A DNA stretch of 64,000 nucleotides from the human T2T-CHM13v2.0 reference genome, Homo sapiens. A program made the translations under genes and the position numbers. Where the stretch lies: the NCBI RefSeq assembly GCF_009914755.1, contig NC_060933.1. The stretch is one strand, 5' to 3'. The notes beneath the pieces were generated by a model. The model was not told where the DNA came from. It did not search any database and was given only the letters and a program-made list of their open reading frames with translations. Below are positions 55,090 to 64,000 of the stretch, piece by piece. Positions within the stretch are counted from its first letter, which is position 1; every line of letters starts with the position of its first letter.

Positions 55090-58000
55090 ATTCAATTCCC
55101 TTACACTCCATTACATTCCATTCCATTCGGGTTGTTCCATTCCATTCCATTCCATTCCACTCCACTCCATTGCACTCGGGTTGATTCCATTCCATTCCAT
55201 TCCATTCCATTCCATTCCGTTCCGTTCCATTCCATTCCATTCCATTCTATTCGGATTAATTCCATTCCATTCCATTCCATTCCATTCCAATCGAGTTGAT
55301 TCCATTCCATTCCATTCCATTCCATTCCACTCCATTCCAGTCCTTTCCATTCCATTCCACTCGGGTTGATTCCAATGTATTCCTTTCCATTCCATTCCAT
55401 TCCATTGCAATCGAGTTGATTCCATTGCTTTGCATTGCATTCCATTCCATTCCATTCCGGATGATTCCATTCCATTGCATTCCATTCCATTCCATTCCAT
55501 TCCCCTGCACTCGGGTTGATTCCATTCCATTCCACTCCATTCCGTTCCATTCCATTCCATTCCAATGTATTCGGGTTAATTCCATTCCATTGCATTCCAT
55601 TCCATTCCATTCCATTACAATCGAGTTGATTCCATTCCATTCCATTCCATTACAGTCCTTTCCATTCCATTCCACTCGGGTTGATTCCATTCTATTAGTT
55701 TCCATTCCATTCCATTCCCTTCCATTACACTCTGGTTGATACCATTCCTTTCCATTCCACTCGAATACATTCCCTCCTATTCCACTCGGAACGATTCCAT
55801 TCCATTCCATTCCATTCCATTCCATTCCATTCCATTCCATTCCATTCCGTTCCATTTCGTTCCACTCCATTCTATTCCGTATCATTCCATTCCATTCCAT
55901 TCCATTCCATTCCATTCCATTCCATTCCATTCCATTCCATTGTACTCGGGTTGATTCAATTCCGTTGCATTCCATTCCATTCCATTCCATTCCATTCCGT
56001 TGCATTCCATTCCATTACATTCGGATTGATTCTATTCAACTCCCTTACTCTCCATTACATTCCATTCCATTCGGGTTGTTCCATTCCATTCCATTCCATT
56101 CCACTCCATTCCATTGCACTCGGGTTGATTCCATTCCATTCCATTCCATTCCATTCCATTCCGTTCCGGATGATTCCATTCCATTGCATTCCGTTCCATT
56201 ACATTCCCCTGCACTCGCGTTGATTCCATTCCATTCCATTCCATTCCATTCCATTCCATTCCATTACAATTCGTTCCATTCCATTCTATTCCGTACCATT
56301 CCATTCCATTCCATACCATTCCATTCCATTCCATTCCATTCTATTCCGTTCCAATCCGTTCCATTCCATTCCATTCCATTCTATTCGGATTAATTCCATT
56401 CCATTCCATTCCATTCCATTCTATTCCATTCCATTGCAATCGAGTTGAATCCATTGCATTTCATTCCATTCCATTCCATTCCATTCCATTCCGGAAGATT
56501 CCATTCCATTGCATTCCATTCCATTCCATTCCCCTGCACTCGCGTTGATTCCATTCCATTCCATTCCATTCCATTCCATTCCATTCCATTCCGTTCCGTT
56601 CCATTCCATTCCATTCCATTCCATTCCATTCCATTCCATTCCGTTCCGTTCCATTCCATTCCATTCCATTCTATTCGGGTTAATTCCATTCCATTCCATT
56701 CGATTGCAATCGAGTTGATTCCATTCCCTAACATTCCATTCCATTCCATTCCATTCCATTCCATTCCATTCCTTTCCATTCCATTACGGATGATTCCATT
56801 CCATTGCATTCCATTCCATTCCATTCCCCTGTACTCGGGTTGATTCCATTCCATTCCTATTGCAATCCATGCCATTCCACTCGTGTTGATTCCATTCTTT
56901 CCATTCCATTCAAGTTGAATCCATTCCATTGCATTCCATTCCATTCGATTCCATTCGATTGCACTCGGGTTGATTCCATTCCATTGCAATCCATTCCATT
57001 CCATTCCATTGCATTCCATTCCATTCCGTTCCATTCCATTCCATTACATTCGGATTGATTCTATTCAATTCCTTTACACTCCATTACATTCCATTCCATT
57101 CGGGTAGTTTTCATTCCATTCCATTCCATTCCTCTCCATTCCATTGCACTCGGGTTGATTCCATTCCATTGCATTCCATTCCATTCCATTCCATTCCATT
57201 CCATTCCATTCCATTCCATTCCATTACGGATGATTCCATTCCATTGCATTCCATTCCATTCCATTCCCCTATACTCGGGTTGATTCCATTCCATTCCATT
57301 CCAATCCATGCCATTCCAATCGTGTTGATTCCATTCTTTCCATTCCATTCAAGTTGAATCCATTCCATTATATTCCATTCCATTCGATTCCATTCTATTG
57401 CACTCGGGTTGATTCCATTCCATTGCATTCCATTCCATTCCATTCCATTCCATTCCGTTCCATTCCATTTCATTACATTCAGATTGATTCTATTCAATTC
57501 CCTTACACTCCATTATATTCCAATCCATTCTGGTTGTCTCCATTCCATTCCATTCCATTTCACTCCATTCCATTGCACTCGGGTTGATTCCATTCCTTTG
57601 CATTCCATTCCATTCCATTCCATTCCATTCCATTCCATTCCATTCCGTTCCATTCCATTTCATTACATTCAGATTGATTCTATTCAATTCCCTTACACTC
57701 CATTATATTCCAATCCATTCTAGTTGTCTCCATTCCATTCCATTCCATTTCACTCCATTCCATTGCACTCGAGTTGATTCCATTCCATTCCATTCCATTC
57801 CATTGCATTCCATTCCATTCCATTCCGGATGATTCCATTCCATTGCATTCCATTCCATTCCATTCCCCTGCACTCGGGTTGATTCCATTCCATTCCATTC
57901 CATTGCATTCCGTTCCATTCCATTCCATTCCATTCGGATTGATTCTATTCAATTCCCTTACACTCTATTACATTCCATTCCATTCCGGTAGTTTCCATTC

Positions 58001-61000
58001 CATTCCATTCAATTCCTCTCCATTCCATTGCACTCGGGTTGATTCCATTCCATCCCATTCCATTCCATTCCATTCCATTCCATTCCATTACATTCCATTC
58101 CATTCCATTCCATTCCATTCCGTTCCATTGTACTCGGGTTGATTCCATTCCATTGCATTCCATTCCATTCCATTCCATTCCATTCCATTCCATTCCATTC
58201 CATTCCATTCCGTTCCATTCCATTACATTCGGATTGATTCTATTCAACTCCCTTACTCTCCATTCCATTCCATTCCATTCAGGTTGTTCCATTCCATTCC
58301 ATTCCATTCCACTCCATTCCATTGCACTCGGGTTGATTCCATTCCATTCCATTCCATTCCATTCCATTCCGTTCCGTTCCATTCCATTCCATTCCATTCT
58401 ATTCGGGTTAATTCCATTCCATTCCATTCCATTCCATTCCAATCGAGTTGATTCCATTCCATTCCATTCCATTCCATTCCACTGCATTCCAGTCCTTTCC
58501 ATTCCATTCCACTCGGGTTGATTCCAATGTATTCCTTTCCATTGCATTCCATTCCATTGCAATCGAGTTGATTCCATTGCTTTGCATTCCATTCCATTCC
58601 ATTCCATTCCGGATGATTCCATTCCATTGCATTCCATTCCATTCCATTATCCTGCACTCGGGTTGATTCCATTCCATTCCACTCCATTCTGTTCCATTCC
58701 ATTCCATTCCATTGTATTCGGGTTAATTCCATTCCATTGCATTCCATTCCATTCCATTCCATTACAATGGAGTTGATTCCATTCCATTCCATTCCATTCC
58801 AGTCCTTTCCATTCCATTCCACTCAGGTTGATTCCATTCTATTAGTTTCCATTCCATTCCATTCCCTTCCATTACACTCTGGTTGATACCATTCCTTTCC
58901 ATTCCACTCGAATACATTCTCTCCTATTCCAGTCGGAACAATTCCATTCCATTCCATTCCATTCCATTCCATTCCATTCCATTCCATTCCATTCCATTCT
59001 ATTCCATTCCATTTCGTTCCATTCCGTTCTATTCCGTATCATTCCATTCCATTCCATTCCATTCCATTCCATTCCATTCCATTCCATTCCATTCCATTCC
59101 ATTGTACTCGGGTTGATTCAATTCCGTTGCATTCCATTCCATTCCATTCCATTCCATTCCGTTGCATTCCAGTCCATTACTTTCGGATTGATTCTATTCA
59201 ACTCCCTTACTCTCCATTACATTCCATTCCATTCGGGTTGTTCCATTCCATTCCATTCCATTCCACTCCATTCCATTGCACTCGGGTTGATTCCATTCCA
59301 TTCCATTCCATTCCATTCCATTCCGGATGATTCCATTCCATTGCATTCCGTTCCATTACATTCCCCTGCACTCGCGTTGATTCCATTCCATTCCATTCCA
59401 TTCCATTCAATTCCATTCCATTACAATTCGTTCCATTCCATTCTATTCCGTACCATTCCATTCCATTCCATACCATTCCATTCCATTCCATTCCATTCCA
59501 TTCCGTTCCATTCCGTTCCATTCCATTCCATTCCATTCTATTCGGATTAATTCCATTCCATTCCATTCCTTTCCATTCTATTCCATTCCATTGCAATCGA
59601 GTGGAATCCATTGCATTTCATTCCATTCCATTCCATTCCATTCCATTCCGGAAGATTCCATTCCATTGCATTCCATTCCATTCCATTCCCCTGCACTCGC
59701 GTTGATTCCATTCCATTCCATTCCATTCCATTCCATTCCATTCCATTCCGTTCCGTTCCGTTCCATTCCATTCCATTCCATTCCATTCCATTCCATTCCG
59801 TTCCGTTCCATTCCATTCCATTCCATTCTATTCGGGTTAATTCCATTCCATTCCATTCGATTGCAATCGAGTTGATTCCATTCCCTAACATTCCATTCCA
59901 TTCCATTCCATTCCATTCCTTTCCATTCCATTACGGATGATTCCATTGCATTGCATTCCATTCCATTCCATTCCCCTGTACTCGGGTTGATTCCATTCCA
60001 TTCCTATTCCAATCCATGCCATTCCACTCGTGTTGATTCCATTCTTTCCATTCCATTCAAGTTGAATCCATTCCATTGCATTCCATTGCATTCGATTCCA
60101 TTCGATTGCACTCGGGTTGATTCCATTCCATTGCAATCCATTCCATTCCATTCCATTGCATTCCATTCCATTCCGTTCCATTCCATTCCATTACATTCGG
60201 ATTGATTCTATTCAATTCCTTTACACTCCATTACATTCCATTCCATTCGGGTAGTTTCCATTCCATTCCATTCCATTCCTCTCCATTCCATTGCACTCGG
60301 GTTGATTCCATTCCATTGCATTCCATTCCATTCCATTCCATTCCATTCCATTCCATTCCATTCCATTCCATTACGGATGATTGCATTCCATTGCATTCCA
60401 TTCCATTCCATTCCCCTTTACTCGGGTTGATTCCATTCCATTCCATTCCAATCCATGCCATTCCACTCGTGTTGATTCCATTCTTTCCATTCCATTCAAG
60501 TTGAATCCATTCCATTACATTCCATTCCATTCGATTCCATTCTATTGCACTCGGGTTGATTCCATTCCATTGCATTCCATTCCATTCCATTCCATTCCAT
60601 TCCGTTCCATTCCATTTCATTACATTCAGATTGATTCTATTCAATTCCCTTACACTCCATTATATTCCAATCCATTCTGGTTGTCTCCATTCCATTCCAT
60701 TCCATTTCACTCCATTCCATTGCACTCGGGTTGATTCTATTCCATTGCATTCCATTCCATTCCATTCCATTCCATTCCATTCCATTCCATTCCTTTCCAT
60801 TCCATTTCATTACATTCAGATTGATTCTATTCAATTCCCTTACACTCCATTATATTCCAATCCATTCTTGTTGTCTCCATTCCATTCCATTCCATTTCAC
60901 TCCATTCCATTGCACTCGGGTTGATTCCATTCCATTCCATTCCATTGCATTCCATTCCATTCCATTCCGGATGATTCCATTCCATTGCATTCCATTCCAT

Positions 61001-61400
61001 TCCATTCCCCTGCACTCGGGTTGATTCCATTCCATTCCATTCCATTACATTCCGTTCCATTCCATTCCATTCCATTCGGATTGATTCTATTCAATTCCCT
61101 TACACTCCATTACATTCCATTCCATTCGGGTAGTTTCCATTCCATTCCATTCCATTCTTCTCCATTCCATTGCACTCGGGTTGATTCCATTCCATTCCAT
61201 TCCATTCCATTCCATTCCATTCCATTCCATTCCATTCCATTCCATTCCATTCCGTTCCATTGTACTCGGGTTGATTCCATTCCATTGCATTCCATTCCAT
61301 TCCATTCCATTCCATTCCATTCCGTTCCATTCCATTACATTCGGATTGATTCTATTCAACTCCCTTACTCTCCATTACATTCCATTCCATTTGGGTTGTT
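55090..61400. repeat. ~3.15-kb head-to-tail tandem duplication (~55090-58240 vs ~58240-61400)
   Basis: Shared CCCTAACATTCC (~56726/59883), TTACACTCTGGTTGATACC, CCTATT(G/C)CAATCCATGCC with a +1 shift, and CAATTCCTTTACAC. ORF-track offset is 3147 repeatedly. Confidence 0.9.
57471..57790. repeat. 190-bp tandem duplication (repeated again at ~60618/60808)
   Basis: CATTACATTCAGATTGATTCTATTCAATTCCCTTACACTCCATTATATTCCAATCCATTCT at 57471 and 57661. Confidence 0.85.
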
Positions 61401-64000
61401 CCATTCCATTCCATTCCATTCCACTCCATTCCATTGCGCTCGGGTTGATTCCATTCCATTCCATTCCACTCCATTCCATTCCATTCCATTCCATTACAAT
61501 CGAGTTGATTCTATTCCATTCCATTCCATTCCAGTCCTTTCCATTCCATTCCTCTCGGGTTGATTCCATTCTATTAGTTTCCGTTCCATTCCATTCCCTT
61601 CCATTCCACTCTGGTTGATTCCATTCCTTTCCATTCCACTCGAATACATTCCCTCCTATTCCACTCGGAACGATTCCATTCCATTCCATTCCATTCCATT
61701 CCATTCCATTCCATTCCATTCCATTCCATTCCATTTCGTTCCATTCCATTCTATTTCGTATCATTCCATTCCATTCCATTCCATTCCATTCCATTCCATT
61801 CCATTCCATTGTACTCGGGTTGAGTCAATTCCGTTGCATTCCATTCCATTCCATTCCATTCCATTCCATTCCGTTGCATTCCATTCCATTACATTCGGAT
61901 TGATTCTATTCAACTCCCTTACTCTCCATTACATTCCATTCCATTCGGGTTGTTCCATTCCATTCCATTCCATTCCACTCCATTCCATTGCACTCGGGTT
62001 GATTCCATTCCATTCCATTCCATTCCATTCCATTCCATTCCATTCCATTCCATTCCATTCCGTTCCATTGTACTCCGGTTGATTCCATTCCATTGCTTTC
62101 CATTCCATTCCATTCCATTCCACTCCATTCCATTGTACTCGGGTTGATTCAATTCCGTTGCATTCCATTCCATTCCATTCCATTCCATTCCGTTCCATTC
62201 CATTCCATTACATTCGGATTGATTCTATTCAATTCCCTTACACTCCATTACATTCCATTCCATTCGGGTAGTTTCCATTCCATTCCATTCCATTCCTCTC
62301 CATTCTATTGCACTCGGGTTGATTCCATTCCATTCCATTCCATTCAATTCCAATCCGTTCCATTCCATTCCATTACATTCGGATTGATTCTATTCAACTC
62401 CCTTACTCTCCATTACATTCCATTCCATTCGGGTTGTTCCATTCCATTCCATTCCATTCCACTCCATTCCATTGCACACGGGTTTATTCCATTCCATTCC
62501 ATTCCATTCCATTCCATTCCGGAAGATTCCATTCCATTGCATTCCATTCCATTCCATTCCCCTGCACTCGCGTTGATTCCATTCCATTCCATTCCATTCC
62601 ATTCCATTCCTTTCCGTTCCATTCCATTCCATTCCATTCCATTCCAATCCATTCCATTCCGTTCCGTTCCGTTCCATTCCATTCCATTCCATTCTATTCG
62701 GGTTAATTCCATTCCATTCCATTCGATTGCAATAGAGTTGATTCCATTCCATTCTATTCCATTCCATTCCATTCCATTCCATTCCTTTCCATTCCATTAC
62801 GGATGATTCCATTCCATTGCATTCCATTCCATTCCATTCCCATGTACTCGGGTTGATTCCATTCCATTCCATTCCAATCCATGCCATTCCACTCGTGTTA
62901 ATTCCGTTCTTTCCATTCCATTCAAGTTGAATCCATTCCATTGCATTCCATTCCATTCCATTCCCCTGCACTCGCGTTGATTCCATTCCATGCCATTCCA
63001 TCTCATTCCATTCCGTACCGTTCCATTCCATTCCATTTCATTCCGTTCCGTTCCATTCCATTCCATTCCATTCTATTCGGGTTAATTCCATTCCATTCCA
63101 TTCGATTGCAATCGAGTTGATTCCATTCCATTCCATTCCATTCCATTCCATTCCATTCCATGCCTTTCCATTCCATTACGGATGATTCCATTCCATTGCA
63201 TTCCATTCCATTCCATTCCCCTGTACTCGGGTTGATTCCATTCCATTCCATTCCAATCCATGCCATTCCACTCGTGTTGATTCCATTCTTTCCATTCCAT
63301 TCAAGTTGAATCCATTCCGTTGCATTCCATTCCATTCGATTCCATTCGATTGCACTCGGGTTGATTCCATTCCATTGCATTCCATTCCATTCCATTCCAT
63401 TCCATTCCATTCCATTCCATTCCGTTCCATTCCATTCCATTACATTCGGATTGATTCTATTCAATTCCCTTACACTCCATTACATTCCATTCCATTCGGG
63501 TTGTTCCATTCCATTCCATTCCATTCCTCTCCATTCCATTGCACTCGGGTTGATTCCATTCCATTCCATTACATTCCATTCCATTCCATTCCATTCCATT
63601 CCATTCCATTCCATTCCATTCCGTTCCATTGTACTCGGGTTGATTCCATTCCATTGCATTCCATTCCATTCCATTCCATTCCATTCCGTTCCATTCCATT
63701 ACATTCGGATTGATTCTATTCAACTCCCTTACTCTCCATTACATTCCATTCCATTTGAGTTGTTCCATTCCATTCCATTCCATTCCACTCCATTCCATTG
63801 CGCTCGGGTTGATTCCATTCCATTCCATTCCACTCCATTCCATTCCATTCCATTCCATTACAATCGAGTTGATTCTATTCCATTCCATTCCATTCCAGTC
63901 CTTTCCATTCCATTCCTCTCGGGTTGATTCCATTCTATTAGTTTCCATTCCATTCCATTCCCTTCCATTCCACTCTGGTTGATTCCATTCCTTTCCATTC
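61150..64000. repeat. Direct repeat with ~2.36-kb spacing (~61150-61636 vs ~63510-64000), truncated by the window end
   Basis: CCATTGCGCTCGGG (61431/63795), CAATCGAGTTGATTCTATT and CCTCTCGGGTTG (61551/63915); offset 2364. Confidence 0.8.

Larger units (their letters stand above)
5699..64000 (-). repeat. Satellite III (HSat3) array, GGAAT on the - strand (CCATT on +; runs off the window end)
   Basis: Continuous CCATT pentamers with ACTCGGGTTG / ATCGAGTTG / ATTCGGGTTA interruptions. It uses the same motif vocabulary as the left block in reverse complement. No non-satellite insert was seen. Confidence 0.97.

Noticed and set aside
9-63982. Hundreds of ORFs (up to 347 aa) encoding MEWNG or IPFHS repeats
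   Set aside because: GGAAT/CCATT repeats contain no stop codon in any frame and supply ATG every 5 bp. Overlapping ORFs in all six frames with 5-aa periodicity are an artefact, with no domain or gene structure.
1-64000. CRISPR-like repeat/spacer appearance
   Set aside because: The interspersed motifs are recurrent rather than unique spacers, the intervening tracts are variable-length pentamer runs, and there are no cas genes.
1-64000. HSat2, DYZ1, alpha satellite or telomeric repeat
   Set aside because: It lacks the CATTCGATTC/GATGAT-dominated HSat2 pattern, any single ~3.5-kb DYZ1-like period, AT-rich 171-bp monomers and TTAGGG.
1-64000. Assignment to a specific chromosome or HSat3 subfamily (e.g. 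9q12 or acrocentric short arms)
   Set aside because: Plausible given the inversion, but it needs subfamily k-mer classification or alignment that I cannot run.

Overview
The whole 64-kb window is classical human/hominid Satellite III (HSat3): a (GGAAT)n/(CCATT)n pentamer array interspersed with the diagnostic CAACCCGAGT-type 10-mer. I see no gene, RNA gene or transposon, and every listed ORF is a translation artefact of the stop-free pentamer (MEWNG/IPFHS). The main structural event is an abrupt strand inversion at 5697-5699: GGAAT-sense for 1-5698 and CCATT-sense for 5699-64000, joined with no inserted sequence as a 13-bp perfect palindrome and surrounded by a degenerate kb-scale inverted repeat. 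Beneath the pentamer lies a modular grammar: a ~0.84-0.96 kb cycle whose measured lengths are all 5n-2, nested duplications from 75 bp to ~6.9 kb spacing, and about 40 perfect three-unit heat-shock elements (ATTCC-GGAAG-ATTCC). All alignments and counts were made by eye, so boundaries are approximate, and the chromosome or subfamily cannot be assigned without a search.
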